Assembly (NCBI GenBank): GCA_964016885.1
Contig: CAXHJY010001033.1
Location: 1-55,660, forward strand
Reading direction: 5' to 3'
From: Eledone cirrhosa
Lineage: Eukaryota
DNA length: 55,660 nt
How positions within the stretch are numbered: position 1 is the first letter of the stretch; each line of letters opens with the position of its first letter. The position numbers were made by a program, and so were the translations under genes. The notes beneath the pieces were generated by a model. That model searched no databases. It saw only the letters and a list, made by a program, of their open reading frames with translations, and was not told where the DNA came from. Of the stretch, positions 14,371 to 28,603 are shown piece by piece.

Positions 14371-14457
14371 TATATATTTCATATATATATGTATATATAT
14401 GTATATATATTTATATGTATATGTATATATATGTATATATATATATGTATATATATG

Positions 14458-14488
<31 letters not shown>

Positions 14489-14522
14489 GTATATATATGT
14501 ATATATATATATATATGTATAT

Positions 14523-15131
14523 GGTCAGGTCACCAGTTGGTGCTACTGGTAACATGTATCCCAGTACAACCTGTCTCATGGTCGGGTCGTTGGCGACTAA
14601 ACTGGCAACCCCACCAAGGTTTCTTGGTGAGGAGGGTGACTTTGGACATCCTGCAGGACTAAAAACAAAACCTGTCAAAGGGCAAGGGAGCTCTTAAGAC
14701 TCAATAGCCATCCAAAATCACCGGGAGAGATGACCCCTTAGCCTTTGTCAAGGCAGAATTCTAGGAGAAGGAAAACTCTGATATAACACCTGCAACCCTG
14801 ATGGTATCCAATGATGTTGACTTGTTCTTCTTTTTGGTAAATATCATCTTGGTTAAGAGAGTGGGACTGGCTTTGTGCAGTGCCTTTGCTCACTATAAAA
14901 GCTTCACAGCACAGGCATTGCTTTATATCTGGAGATCTCTCTGCACTTGTCATCACATGGTACCATGGGCCCTGCACTATGTGTCAATAATGGTCACAAG
15001 TGTAGTCTTTGTACCAGAGTTTTCAAGTCGCTGGCTGGACTAAAAAGTCACATTCGTTCAGCGCATCGGTAGGGGTTCTCCTACATGGATATAAAGTAGT
15101 GGCCGTACTCGAAAACGAGTTGGCAGCCACC
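14523..15131 (+). mobile_element. Possible LINE 5' UTR-derived fragment
   Basis: GC-richer unique block between (TA)n tracts. The motifs ggcaaccccacc and ctaggagaaggaaaactctgat resemble RTE-type 5' UTRs from recollection only. No convincing ORF. Confidence 0.3.
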
Positions 15132-15168
15132 ATATATATATGTATATATATATATATGTATATATATG

Positions 15169-15199
<31 letters not shown>

Positions 15200-15316
15200 G
15201 TATATATATTTCTATATATATATATATATATATATTTCTATATATATATATATGTATATATATGTATATATATTTCTATATATATATATATGTATATATA
15301 TGTATATATATTTCTA

Positions 15317-15375
<59 letters not shown>

Positions 15376-15416
15376 GATATATTAACAAATGGAAACTATA
15401 TTTATAAAACCATATT

Positions 15417-15481
15417 TATTTCATTATACATATTTCAAGGACACCAAGTTAAATTATGGTGTGCTTTCATCAGATAAAATA
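15417..15481 (-). ncRNA. Type I hammerhead ribozyme (family C)
   Basis: Reverse-complement partner of 15599-15663 with an intact core. Confidence 0.75.
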
Positions 15482-15598
15482 TAATATAGATCAGTTTTAT
15501 AAATAAATATTGACATACTCTTAAAGAATGGAACCATTTCTGTTGGAAGCATTCTATAAGAGTATGTCAATATTTATTTATAAAACTTATCTATATTA

Positions 15599-15663
15599 TA
15601 TTTTATCTGATGAAAGCGCACCATAATTTGACTTGGTGTCCTTGAAATATGTATAATGAAATA
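15599..15663 (+). ncRNA. Type I hammerhead ribozyme (family C)
   Basis: TATTTTAT | CTGATGA | AAG c GCACCA loop TGGTGT c CTT | GAAA TATGTA TA | ATGAAATA. Predicted cleavage after 15655. Confidence 0.8.
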
Positions 15664-15778
15664 AATATGGTTTTATAAATATAGTTTCCATTTGTTAATA
15701 TATCGTATTTTTACTCCAATAATTTGTTCAGACATAATATATAGGTTCAACCCGACTGTCTTCTTCAGAAACAATTGT

Positions 15779-15844
15779 ATATAAATATATATATATATAT
15801 ATATTTTATATAAATATATATATATATATATAATATATATATAT

Positions 15845-15876
<32 letters not shown>

Positions 15877-16402
15877 ATTATATATATATATTATATATAT
15901 ATATATATTATATATATATAATATATATATATTATATATATATATATATATTATATATATATATTATATATATATATATTATATATATATATATATTATA
16001 TATATATATTATATATATATATATATTATATATATATATTATATATATATATTATATATATATATATTATATATATATATATATAATATATATATATTAT
16101 ATATATATATTATATATATATATATTATATATATATATTATATATATATTATATATATATATATATTATATATATATATATTATATATATATTATATATA
16201 TATATATTATATATATATTATATATATATTATATATATATATATTATATATATATATATTATATATATATATATATAATATATATATATATATTATATAT
16301 ATATATATATAATATATATATATATATTATATATATATATATATAATATATATATATATATTATATATATATATATATAATATATATATATATATTATAT
16401 AT

Positions 16403-16436
<34 letters not shown>
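15779..16436. repeat. Pure A/T interrupted (TA)n tract of about 650 bp
   Basis: No G or C seen across the interval. Confidence 0.95.
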
Positions 16437-16437
<1 letters not shown>

Positions 16438-16770
16438 TAAAGAGTTAAACAAGATTCAATGAGTACATCAAAGAATGAGTTTTACAGTAGATTGGAAGCA
16501 CTCTACAGCAAAAAATATTTTCCAGAGTTATTAATATTAAAATACAAATATTAATAAAATAGATGTTCTTGTGATCAATTAAATGTTATTATACATATTT
16601 CAGAGGTACTTGAGTCAGGTTCAACAGTACGTCCTCATCAGATAAAATAAAATGATACATGACATAACCTGAGATGTTAAATGGTTAAGATTTAATCAAG
16701 GTAGTGATTAACTTATGATAAAACTCAACATTTATACCTTGATTAAATCTTAACCATTTAACATCTCAGG
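16437..16770. mobile_element. Family D fold-back element with minus-strand hammerhead (about 16584-16649)
   Basis: Homologous to 53281-53581. Core CTGATGA GGA c GTAC...GTAC c TCT GAAA TATGTA TA. Internal inverted repeat cctgagatgttaaatggttaagatttaatcaaggta / taccttgattaaatcttaaccatttaacatctcagg. The right arm is cut off by another repeat. Confidence 0.75.
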
Positions 16771-16899
16771 GAACTGATTCTGGCTTGATTTCTACAGCTG
16801 GATGCCCTTCCTAACACCAACCTCATTTACAGTGAGTGCTGGGTGCTTTTTTGCCGTGCACCTCCACGACCACTTTGCAGTGGAATGATAGGGACCCCA

Positions 16900-17048
16900 G
16901 TCCCTATCATCTCATTTCTACAGCTGAGTAAACTGGAGCAATGTGAAATGAAGTGTCTTGCTCAAGGAAACAACACATCACCCGGTCTGAGAATTGAACT
17001 CACAACCTTTCGATTGCAAGGCCAATGCTCTAACCACAAAGCCATGTG

Positions 17049-17051
<3 letters not shown>
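16900..17051 (-). mobile_element. tRNA-derived SINE (family S2)
   Basis: Minus strand has box A tggctttgtgg, box B gagttcaattc and a body ccttgagcaagacacttcatttcac shared with 31401, 37811 and 53835. Confidence 0.8.
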
Positions 17052-17136
<85 letters not shown>

Positions 17137-17362
17137 CACACCACCACCACTACACCACCACCACCACTACACCACCATAAAAATCCCGTGTAAAATATTT
17201 CAGCATTTCAGGTCAAGAAGACACAGGGGAGCCCTTGAAAGACACCCCCACCCCTCACTCGCCATACCAGTACACCCCAACCCCCCACCGTGTGCATCCT
17301 CCCCCTCTCATGCTCCACCACCACCGCCACCCTGCTCCTATATCAAGGGACGTCAACAGCCA

Positions 17363-18120
17363 GTGATGGTGGTGGTGGTGGTGTTGTTTGTGCTGGTGTC
17401 AGTGGTGTAATGGTGGTGGTGAATGGAAGTGGTGGTGGTGGTGGTGGTGTAGTGGTGGTGCTGAATGGAAGTGGTGGTGGTGGTGGTTGTGGTTTAGTAG
17501 TGGTGGTGGTGGTGGTGGCGGTGTAGTGGTGGTGGTGTAGTGGTGGGAAGTGGTGATGGTGTGGTGGTGGTGAAGTGGTGGTGGTGAATGGAAGTGGTGG
17601 TGGTGGTATGTGTTGTGTAGGGGAGTTTGTGGTGGTGGTTGTGGTTTAGTAGTGGTGGTGGTGGTGGTGGTGGCGGTGTAGTGGGGATAGTGGTGTAGTG
17701 GTGGTGGTGGGAAGTGGTGGTGGTGTAGTGGTGGGAAGTGGTGGTGGTGTGGTGGTGGTGAATGGAAGTGGTGGTGGTGGTGGTATGTGTTGTGTAGGGG
17801 AGTTTGTGGTGGTGGTTGTGGTTTAGTAGTGGTGGTGGTGGTGGTGGTGGCGGTGTAGTGGGGATAGTGGTGCAGTGGTGATGTGGTGTAGTGGTGGTGG
17901 TGGGAAGTGGTGGTGGTGTAGTGGTGGGAAGTGGTGGTGGTGTGGTGGTGGTGAAGTGGTGGTGGTGAATGGAAGTGGTGGTGGTGGTATGTGTTGTGTA
18001 GGGGAGTTTGTGGTGGTGGTTGTGGTTTAGTAGTGGTGGTGGTGGTGGTGCAGTGGTGGTGGTGCAGTGGTGGTGGTGCAGTGGTGATGTGTAGTGGGGT
18101 TGATGGTGGCGGTGGTGGAG
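17363..18120. repeat. Degenerate (GTG)n tract with higher-order repeats of about 180-200 bp
   Basis: The motif gtatgtgttgtgtaggggagtttg occurs three times. Confidence 0.9.
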
Positions 18121-18276
18121 AAATATATATAATTTCTATCAGGTATCTATATTTTAGATGACTGTTAATTTTTAATATGATACCGTAATGAACGAAGTGT
18201 CCTTACATTCTCTACAGATTATCTCCTGTTAAAGTTGATATATTCTATCGTACACATATATATATATATATATATA

Positions 18277-18510
18277 TAGGAACGAGTAGGACCCCGACGG
18301 CTGAGCTCAAGCCGTTTCAACGGCTAATTCTGGACTAAAATCTAGACTAAAATTCTGGACTAAAATCAGTGTTAGTCCAGAATTAGCCGTCGAAACGGCT
18401 TGAGCTCAGCCGTCGGGGTCCTACTCGTTCCTATTACCCACTCTACTACCCTAAGTATTGAGTACTTTGGTGCGTTATGGTCCACCTGGTTCCTTACCAC
18501 ATTTCCTTCG

Positions 18511-18512
<2 letters not shown>
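18277..18512. mobile_element. Family A fold-back element, copy 3
   Basis: Inverted arms, a centre with stuttered ctagactaaaat-like units, and a right-hand tail. Confidence 0.9.
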
Positions 18513-18578
<66 letters not shown>

Positions 18579-18581
<3 letters not shown>

Positions 18582-19015
18582 AAAGTTTTATTTAAAATTG
18601 TTGGGTTACAACGAGTAAATATTTTATAACTGATATAAAGCACTCGACAAGTTTTTGGAGTAGATATACGATATTAAACAAATGGAAACTATATTTATAA
18701 AACTATATTTATTTCATTATACATATTTCAGGGATACCATATTAAAAATATAGTATGCCTTCTTCAGATAAAATACAATATATAAGCAGTTTTATAAATA
18801 AATTTGACGTACCATAAATATTGTTCAACTACCAAACCAACTTTTTTAAATGGAAGTTGAACAATATTTATGGTACGTCAAATTTATTTATAAAACTGCT
18901 TATATATTGTATTTTATCTGAAGAAGGCATGCCATATTTTTAATATGGTATCCCTGAAATATGTATAATGAAATAAATATGGTTTTATAAATATAGTTTC
19001 CATTTGTTTAATATC

Positions 19016-19017
<2 letters not shown>
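18579..19017. mobile_element. Family C palindrome with inverted tail and hammerheads at 18710-18775 (-) and 18910-18975 (+)
   Basis: Arms of about 160 bp. The plus-strand hammerhead is TATTTTAT CTGAAGA AGG c ATGCCATATT ttt AATATGGTAT c CCT GAAA TATGTA TA ATGAAATA. Confidence 0.85.
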
Positions 19018-19050
<33 letters not shown>

Positions 19051-19231
19051 GAACAGGTAGATATTTAAATTATTTTTTAATTTATTTAAAGGATTGTTTA
19101 ATGTTTGTTTGTTCTGCTCATCAATTTTTATAGTTCTGGTATCTCTAATTAGTACCATAGAACAACAATTATATTATAGACACCCTATATATCTCAGTGT
19201 GTACTTAATACTCAGTGAGATATTTACCCTC

Positions 19232-19296
<65 letters not shown>

Positions 19297-19384
19297 TATG
19301 TATATATATATATGTTGGTATGTATGTTATATTTGATAATTTGTATAATTTTGTATAATTTTGTACATAGATCTGTTGAATATG

Positions 19385-19500
19385 CATACCAATTCTAACA
19401 CATATATGTCCTAGAAACGATCGTTAAATAATGAACTTTTTTTGTTTAATATAAGGAACTGTTTCATTGTTTTATTCATTATTTTTTTTATATTTTATAT
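19385..19500 (+). repeat. Dispersed repeat (second copy at 52811-52922) containing the 3' half of a hammerhead-like motif
   Basis: Near-identical copies containing GAAA CGATCG TT with palindromic stem III. No clear CTGANGA seen. Confidence 0.55.
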
Positions 19501-19502
19501 AT

Positions 19503-19541
<39 letters not shown>

Positions 19542-19546
<5 letters not shown>

Positions 19547-19885
19547 GGAGGTGAGTTTTATTGTAGTACAATAATGCAATGCAGATATCGGATAAGAAGC
19601 ACTCTACAGTTTGTAGGACTGGAGTATACATAATATATAAGATCAAAAGATGGTTAAAAGAGTTCCATGTATTTTATTATGCGCATTTCAAAAACAAATA
19701 TTTTAAATCAACATATGTTGATTTAAAACTGCACTATTCACAAGTGTTTTTTAACCTTCATATCATGTCTTCCTATTTTATCTGATGAAAACACAAATAT
19801 TATTGCATGATGATATTTGTTTTTGAAATGCGCATAATAAAATACATGGAACTCTTTTAACCATCTTTTGATCTTATATATTATA
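19542..19885. mobile_element. Family B fold-back element (inverted tail plus short arm, then long arm)
   Basis: ataagatcaaaagatgg...aaacaaata is inverted against tatttgttttt...ttttgatcttat. There is a central mini-palindrome ttttaaatcaacatatgttgatttaaaa and (TA)n flanks. Confidence 0.85.
19774..19844 (+). ncRNA. Type I hammerhead ribozyme (family B), cleanest example
   Basis: TATTTTAT | CTGATGA | 16-bp stem II with GCAT loop | GAAA TGCGCA TA | ATAAAATA. Perfect 8-bp stem I and palindromic stem III ATGCGCAT. Predicted cleavage after 19836. Confidence 0.85.
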
Positions 19886-19950
19886 TCTATATATATATAT
19901 ATATATGTACAATATGTCGATATATTTCTTATATCGATATTACTTGGGCA

Positions 19951-20074
19951 TCCACTGATGAGTTTATAAAAGCCCGCTTGTGTATAAAACTACGGATTAT
20001 ATACAAGTTTCTACATAACCTGGAAATTATTTATCCCAAATTATAGAAATCTTATAACGAAACGGCCGTCTGGA
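19951..20074 (+). ncRNA. Type I hammerhead ribozyme with structured stem II insertion of about 95 nt
   Basis: TCCA | CTGATGA | G...C | GAAA CGGCCG TC | TGGA. Palindromic stem III and a GUC site at 20068-20070. Confidence 0.65.
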
Positions 20075-20121
20075 AGGAAAGAGATATTTATTTAATAATG
20101 GAAAAAAATTACTACACACAG

Positions 20122-20399
20122 GAAAAAAATTACTTATTTTGGGGGTCCACAGCGAAAAAAATTACTTATTTTGGGGGTTCACAGCGAAAAAAATTACTTA
20201 TTTTGGGGGTCCACAGCGAAAAAAATTACTTATTTTGGGGGTCCACAGCGAAAAAAATTACTTATTTTGGGGGTCCACAGCGAAAAAAATTACTTATTTT
20301 GGGGGTCCACAGCGAAAAAAATTACTTATTTTGGGGGTTCACAGCGAAAAAAATTACTTATTTTGGGGGTCCACAGCGAAAAAAAGGTTGAGAACCCCT
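20122..20399. repeat. Tandem repeat of about 31-32 bp (about 8 units) ending in a hAT-like transposon terminus
   Basis: Unit aaaaaaattacttattttgggggtccacagcg. The terminal aaaaggttgagaacccct resembles hAT/Charlie TIRs. The other end was not seen. Confidence 0.6.
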
Positions 20400-21260
20400 T
20401 ATTTATATATATATATATATATATTCGTTAGTGCTACTGGAGTTGGTGGCGGAGGTGGTGTCAAGTAAGGAAGGTAGATGTCAGTAGAAAATGACACGGG
20501 TGGTGGTGGGAGGGGGTGTAGGGGTGGGTCGTGGTGGTGGTGGTGGTGATGGTGGTGTAGGGGTACTAGGTGCTAGTAGTGGTGGTGGTGGTGGTGGTGA
20601 TGTGGCGGTGGTGTTGATGGTGGTGACGATGGTGGTGGTGGTGGCGCGGTGTGTGTGTGGGGGGGGGGGGGGGTTACTAGATGATAGTAGTGGTGGTGGC
20701 GGGGGTGGGGGGTACTAGATGTTAGTAGTGGTGGTGGTGGTGGTGGTGATGTGGCGGTGGTGTTGATGGTGGTGACGATGGTGGTGGTGGTGATGGTGGC
20801 GCGGGGTGTGTGTGTGTGTGGGGGGGGGGGGGGTACTAGATGATAGTAGTGGTGGTAGTAGTGGTGGTGGTAGTGGTGGTGGCGGGGTACTAGATGCTAG
20901 TAGTGGTGGTGATGGTGATGTGGCGGTGGTGTTGATGGTGGTGGTGATGGTGGCGCGGTGTGTGTGTGTGTGTGGGGGGGGGGTACTAGATGCTAGTAGT
21001 GGCAGTGGTGGTGATGGTGGCGCGCGGTGTGTGTGTGTGCGTGGGGCGGGTAATAGATGATAGTAGTGGTGGTAGTGGTGGTGGTGGTGATAGTGGCGGG
21101 CGGGGGGGTACTAGATGCTGGTAATAAATAAGGACCCTACCCCCCTCACACAGCATGTGGTTTGACTTCAGTTTCAAGTGTATATCATCACATTGTCATC
21201 GCTATAAAACTCATTCTTTTATCTGGGAGTAAATAATCCATCTATCTCTCTATCTATCTA

Positions 21261-21984
21261 TTGTCCCCTTTTCTTGTTGCGCCCTTGTGGCTAATAAAGA
21301 AATCTATCTATCTATCTATCTATCTATACTCACTCTTGGTACTCCTGGAGATGAGGGTTGCACATTTTTTCGGGGGTATGTGTTACCCATATGAACTGTC
21401 TCCCCCTATTGGGGAAAATCGACTAATTTTTAAATTACATTTGTGATAACATTTTACATGTTTTTATTGTATGTAAACTTCCACCTTTGTATTTGTCCCC
21501 TTCTTTTGTGCCCCTGTGGCTAATAAAGAAATTTATCTATCTATCTATCTATACTCACTCTTGGTACTCCTGGAGATGAGGGTTGCACATTTTTTCGGGG
21601 GTATGTGTTACCCATATGAACTGTCCCCTATTGGGGAAAATCGACTAATTTTTAAATTGCATTTGTGATAACATTTTACACGTTTTTATTGTATGTAAAC
21701 TTCCCCCTTTGTATTTGTCCCCTTCTTTTGTGCCCCTGTGGCTAATAAAGAAACATATCTATCTATCTATCTATCTATACTCACTCTGGGTGCTCCCCTG
21801 GAGATGAGGGTTGCACATTTTTTCGGGGTGTGTACAACCCCTGTGTAACACCTCCTCCCTATTGGGGATTTCAATTGTTATTTGTTATTGTATTCATAGT
21901 TTTATTTTCATATACCTGTATGTAAACTTCCCCCTTTGTATTTGTCCCCTTCTTTTGTGCCCCTGTGGCTAATAAAGAAACATA

Positions 21985-21985
<1 letters not shown>
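21261..21985 (+). repeat. Head-to-tail array of elements of about 205 bp separated by (CTAT)n, each ending cc(c/t)tgtggctaataaagaaa
   Basis: Three full units (about 21327, 21552, 21778) plus a partial unit. The same 3' end occurs alone at about 242-263. An AATAAA followed by a microsatellite tail suggests a retroposon 3' end. Confidence 0.7.
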
Positions 21986-22028
<43 letters not shown>

Positions 22029-22061
22029 CCTATCTCTCTCTCTCTATCTCTCTCTTTCTAC

Positions 22062-22097
<36 letters not shown>

Positions 22098-22136
22098 ACC
22101 TATCTCTCTCTCTCTATCTCTCTCTCTCTTTCTACC

Positions 22137-22167
<31 letters not shown>

Positions 22168-22435
22168 AGCTATCTATCTATCTACCTACCTATATATCTA
22201 TCTATCTATATATCTATCTATCTATATATATATATATATCTACCAGGGTCGAAGGGTCCGTGCATGCAACGCATGCAGTGCATACGTTGTAGAATCTTGA
22301 GTTGATCAATTGCGTCGGTTGAAGCAAGCAGAATTTTGGCTGCTTGCTAAATCGTGAGATATATAGATATAAAGATAGGTAGATATTATCTACCTATCTT
22401 TATCTATATATCTGTGTCTGTATATCGATCTATCT

Positions 22436-23135
22436 ATCTACCTGTCTATCTCCCCCCCCTCTCTCTCCCTCTCTCTCTCTCTCTCTCGCTCTCTCTCTCT
22501 ATATATATATGTGTGTGTGTGTTTGCTTCTGTGTGCGTGTATACTTATAGACGCACACAGAAGCAAACATACGGACATACAGACATACCTGTCTATCCCC
22601 CCCTCTCTCCCTCGCTCTCACTCTCTCTCTCTCCCCCTCTCTCTCTCTATATATATATATGTGTGTGTGTTTGCTTCTGTGTGCGTGTGTACTTATAGAC
22701 GGACATACAGACATACCTGTCTATCTCCCCCTCTCCCCCTCGCTCTCTCTCTCTCTCTCCCTCTCCCTCTCTCGCTCTCTCTCTCTATATATATATATAT
22801 GTGTGTGTGTTTGCTTCTGTGTGCGTGTGTACTTATAGACGGACATACAGACATACCTGTCTATCTCCCCCTCTCCCCCTCGCTCTCTCTCTCTCTCTCC
22901 CTCTCTCTCTCTCGCTCTCTCTCTCTCTATATATAATATGTGTGTGTGTTTGCTTCTGTGTGCGTGTGTACTTATAGACGGACATACAGACATACCTGTC
23001 TATCTGCCCCTCTCTCTCTCTCTCGCTCTCTCTCTCTCTCTCCCTCTCCCTCTCTCTCTCTCGCTCTCTCTCTCTATATATATATATGTGTGTGTGTTTG
23101 CTTCTGTGTGCGTGTGTACTTAAAGACGGACATAC
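22436..23135. repeat. Composite tandem repeat of about 120 bp, about 5 units
   Basis: Core tttgcttctgtgtgcgtgtgtacttatagacggacatacagacatacctgtctatc alternates with (CT)n(AT)n(GT)n. Confidence 0.9.
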
Positions 23136-23195
23136 TGACAGACAGACAAACAGAGAGATAGACAAACAGACAGACAGACATACATACATACAGAC

Positions 23196-23227
<32 letters not shown>

Positions 23228-23373
23228 GCAGGCAGACAGACAGATAAATGGGGGTGGGGGATGACGAGAAAGTAGGCAAAATATTTTTCACTGATCCAGA
23301 CGACATTAGGTCCCAAACACCGCTGTTTTATTTCTTAGTCAACATTCTGGCCGCCATTTTGTCACACAAACTT

Positions 23374-24518
23374 ACACACACACACACACACATATATACA
23401 CGCACACATACACATACACCTATATACGCTCACACATACACACACACATATATACACGCACACATACACATACACATATATACGCTCACACATACACACA
23501 CACATATATACACGCACACATACACCTATATACGCTCACACATACACACACACATATATACACGCACACATACACATACACCTATATACACTCACACATA
23601 CACACACACATATATACACGCACACATACACATACACATATATACGCTCACACATACACACACACATATATACACGCACACATACACATACACATATATA
23701 CGCTCACACATACACACACACATATATACACGCACACATACACACACACCTATATACGCTCACACATACACACACACATATATACACGCACACATACACA
23801 TACACCTATATACGCTCACACACACACACACATATATACACGCACACATACACATACACCTATATACGCTCACACATACACACACACACATATATACGCT
23901 CACACATACACACACACATATATACACGCACACATACACATACACATATATACGCTCACACATACACACACATATATACGCTCACACATACACACACACA
24001 TATATACACGCACACATACACATACACATATATACGCTCACACATACACACACATATACACGCACACATACACATACACCTATATACGCTCACACACACA
24101 CACACACATATATACACGCACACATACACATACACATATATACGCTCACACACACACACACACATATATACACGCACACATACACATACACATATATACG
24201 CTCACACATACACACACACATATATACACGCACACATACACATACACATATATTCGCTCACACATACACATACACATATATACGCTCACACATACACACA
24301 CACATATATACACTCACACATACACATACACATATATACGCTCACACATACACATACACACGCTCACACATACACACACATATATACACGCACACATACA
24401 CACACATATATACGCTCACACATACACACACACATATATACACGCACACATACATATACACATATAACCTGTCACACACATACATACACACGCATACATA
24501 TATACACACATATACCAA

Positions 24519-24520
<2 letters not shown>
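23374..24520. repeat. CA-rich minisatellite (tatatacgctcacacatacac / tatatacacgcacacatacac)
   Basis: Direct reading of the sequence. Confidence 0.9.
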
Positions 24521-24582
<62 letters not shown>

Positions 24583-24748
24583 TATACATTATTGTTCGTG
24601 TGTGAGTATAAAAGTGTGTATGTGTGTGTGAGAGAGAGTGTGTGTGTGTCAGTATAAGAGTGAGTATATATATATATATATATATGTGTGTATATATATG
24701 TATATATATGGGTATATATATATGTGAATAGTATATGTATATATATGG

Positions 24749-24791
<43 letters not shown>

Positions 24792-25520
24792 ACATATATA
24801 TACATATACATACATATATATATGTATATATATATGTGTGTGTATATATGTATGTGTTGTTTAGCTAAGAGAGAAAAAAAAAATTAATGAGATTTTTCGA
24901 CAGAAAAAAAAAAAGGGCTGGGATCGAGAGATGAGACAGTCCCCTGTTTCTATCACTCTCCCCTACAACCCTTAACTCCACCACACCACCATTGACACAC
25001 GGGTGGACGGTGGGGGCGGGTAGCGACCTCCTTCCCTTCCTAGCACACCTCTTACTACTGTTTGTGTGTGTGTGTGTGTGTAGTTATGTGTTTATATGTG
25101 TGTGTGTGAGTGTGTGTGTATGTGTGTGTGTTTATGTGTGTGTGAGTAAGTGTGTGTGTGTGTGTGTGTGTGTGTATTTATGTGTTTATAGGTGTGTGTG
25201 TGTGAGTAAGTGTGTGTGTATGTGTGTGTGTGTGTGTGTTTATGTGTGTAGGTATGTGCGTGTGTGTCTTTGGATGTATGTATGTGTATATGTGTATGTG
25301 TCTATAGGTTTATATGAATGAATGAACGTATATATGTGTGTATATATATATATATACATATAATATATATGTATATATGTATATATATATACATATACAT
25401 ACATATATATATATATATATACATATAAATACATATACATACATAAATACATATATATATATATATATAGATAGATAGATAGAAATGGTTGTGTAGTTGC
25501 TATTTAAGGTAACTTAAAAT

Positions 25521-25602
<82 letters not shown>

Positions 25603-25620
25603 ATATATATACATATATAT

Positions 25621-25671
<51 letters not shown>

Positions 25672-25744
25672 TATATATATAAATACACACACATATATAT
25701 ATATATATATACATATATATATACACACATATATATATATATAC

Positions 25745-25797
<53 letters not shown>

Positions 25798-26030
25798 AGA
25801 GTGTTTATATGTGTGTATATGAGATAGAAGGGCCTCACAGCTTCACTCGTCCCTCGCCCACCACCTCTGACAGGGGCCAAACCCCAGTATTTATCAAAAG
25901 GGGTCTCTTTCTACCCCCCCCCCCCCCATCTCTCTTCTCCTTCCAAAGCACCGATTAATCAGTGTGGTGTACTGTACGCACGACCTAATTGTATGTGTAT
26001 ATATACACATGTATGTATGTATGTATGTAT

Positions 26031-26075
<45 letters not shown>

Positions 26076-26086
26076 TATACATATAC

Positions 26087-26173
<87 letters not shown>

Positions 26174-26250
26174 CACATGTATACATGCATATATATATGT
26201 TGATATATATACGTATGTATATATATATATATACACATATATATACAAAG

Positions 26251-26297
<47 letters not shown>

Positions 26298-26343
26298 ACA
26301 CATACACACACATATATAAATATATATATACATCCACACACTG

Positions 26344-26379
<36 letters not shown>

Positions 26380-26553
26380 CCATATATATATATACGTATA
26401 TATACACACATATGTGTATATATACACACATATATATATATACACACATATATATATACACACACACACATATATACACACACACACATATATACACACA
26501 CACACATATATATATATAGAGAGAGAGACTCACACACATATACACACACCACA

Positions 26554-26639
<86 letters not shown>

Positions 26640-26755
26640 ATATATCTCGCCAAAAGCGTTTCAATGAGCGTCTTTATTGTAGTGGGTTTATCGGTCAGTA
26701 GCCCTATTGGGGGTATGTATGTATATATGTGTGTATATATACACACATATATATG

Positions 26756-26806
<51 letters not shown>

Positions 26807-26849
26807 ACGCATTTTGAGAGAGAAGGGAGAAAAACAGAGTCAAGGACAC

Positions 26850-26892
<43 letters not shown>

Positions 26893-26976
26893 CATATATG
26901 TGTGTGTATATATATATATGTGTGTGTGTGTATATATATATATGTGTGTGTGTATATATATATATATGTATATATA

Positions 26977-27056
<80 letters not shown>

Positions 27057-27172
27057 TATATATATATATATATGTGTGTGTGTATATATATGTGTGTGTG
27101 TGTATATATATATATATGGGTATTTATATATATATATATGTACATATATGTGTGTATATATATATATGTATT

Positions 27173-27250
<78 letters not shown>

Positions 27251-27263
27251 TATATGTGTGTAT

Positions 27264-27330
<67 letters not shown>

Positions 27331-27576
27331 TATACATATATATATATACACACACACACATATATATATATACACACACACACATATATATATATACACA
27401 CACACACATATATATATATACACACACACATATATATATATGTACACACTAAGAGATGGCGAACTAGATGAAAGGAAAATTGAACATTCACGGAGATAAC
27501 ACCCTCCAACGTCTGTACAACCTGGACTATATATATATATATATATGTCTATATATATATATATATATATATGTGT

Positions 27577-27620
<44 letters not shown>

Positions 27621-27709
27621 ACATATATATATATACACAGACATACATACACTCACATATACGCTGGCACACACACATGCATGTATGTACGTACGTTTAT
27701 AGCATAGAT

Positions 27710-27763
<54 letters not shown>

Positions 27764-27780
27764 TATATACATATATATAC

Positions 27781-27875
<95 letters not shown>

Positions 27876-28030
27876 TACACTTACAAATATATATGTATAC
27901 ACATATATATATATACATACACACATATATACATACACATACATATATATATATATATATATACACACATGTATACATACACATATATATGTATACACAT
28001 ACACACCTATATATATACATACACACCTAT

Positions 28031-28071
<41 letters not shown>

Positions 28072-28603
28072 CACACCTATATATATATACATACACACCT
28101 ATATACATACATATATATATATATATATATACATACACACATATATATATACATACACACATCTCTCTCTCTATATATATATATACATACATATACATAC
28201 ATATATATATATTCACACACACACATATATATATACACACACACACATATATATATACACACACACACACATATATATATACACACACACACACATATAT
28301 ATATACACACACACTCACACACATATATATATACACACACATATATATACACGCTGGGCGCTGCGATCTGTATGTTCTATTTTAGTGTTATACACGCCCG
28401 CATGTATGTATATATGTGTGTATATATGTTGTAAACAGTGGTAGAGTGGGGATCTTTTCACCTGTAATATATGAATCAAATGCTTATAGTGTAAACTTTT
28501 ATTAAAATAACAGATTTAAGTTTAAGCAAAGAATCGTTTCTTTCACCTTTAACGAGATCTTCTGAAGTTTCAGATCTCGTTAAGGTGAAAGTTATCGTTA
28601 TAA

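Larger units (their letters stand above)
15374..15720. mobile_element. Family C palindrome (arms of about 155 bp) with two opposed hammerheads
   Basis: Arms acgatatattaacaaatgg...agaatg and cattct...ccatttgttaatatatcgt surround a loop of about 19 nt. Confidence 0.85.

Noticed and set aside
18277-18512. Family A as a classical MITE
   Set aside because: The ends are asymmetric (tail on one arm only), arm lengths and centres vary, and the architecture is shared with hammerhead-bearing families. Not fully excluded without a genome search.
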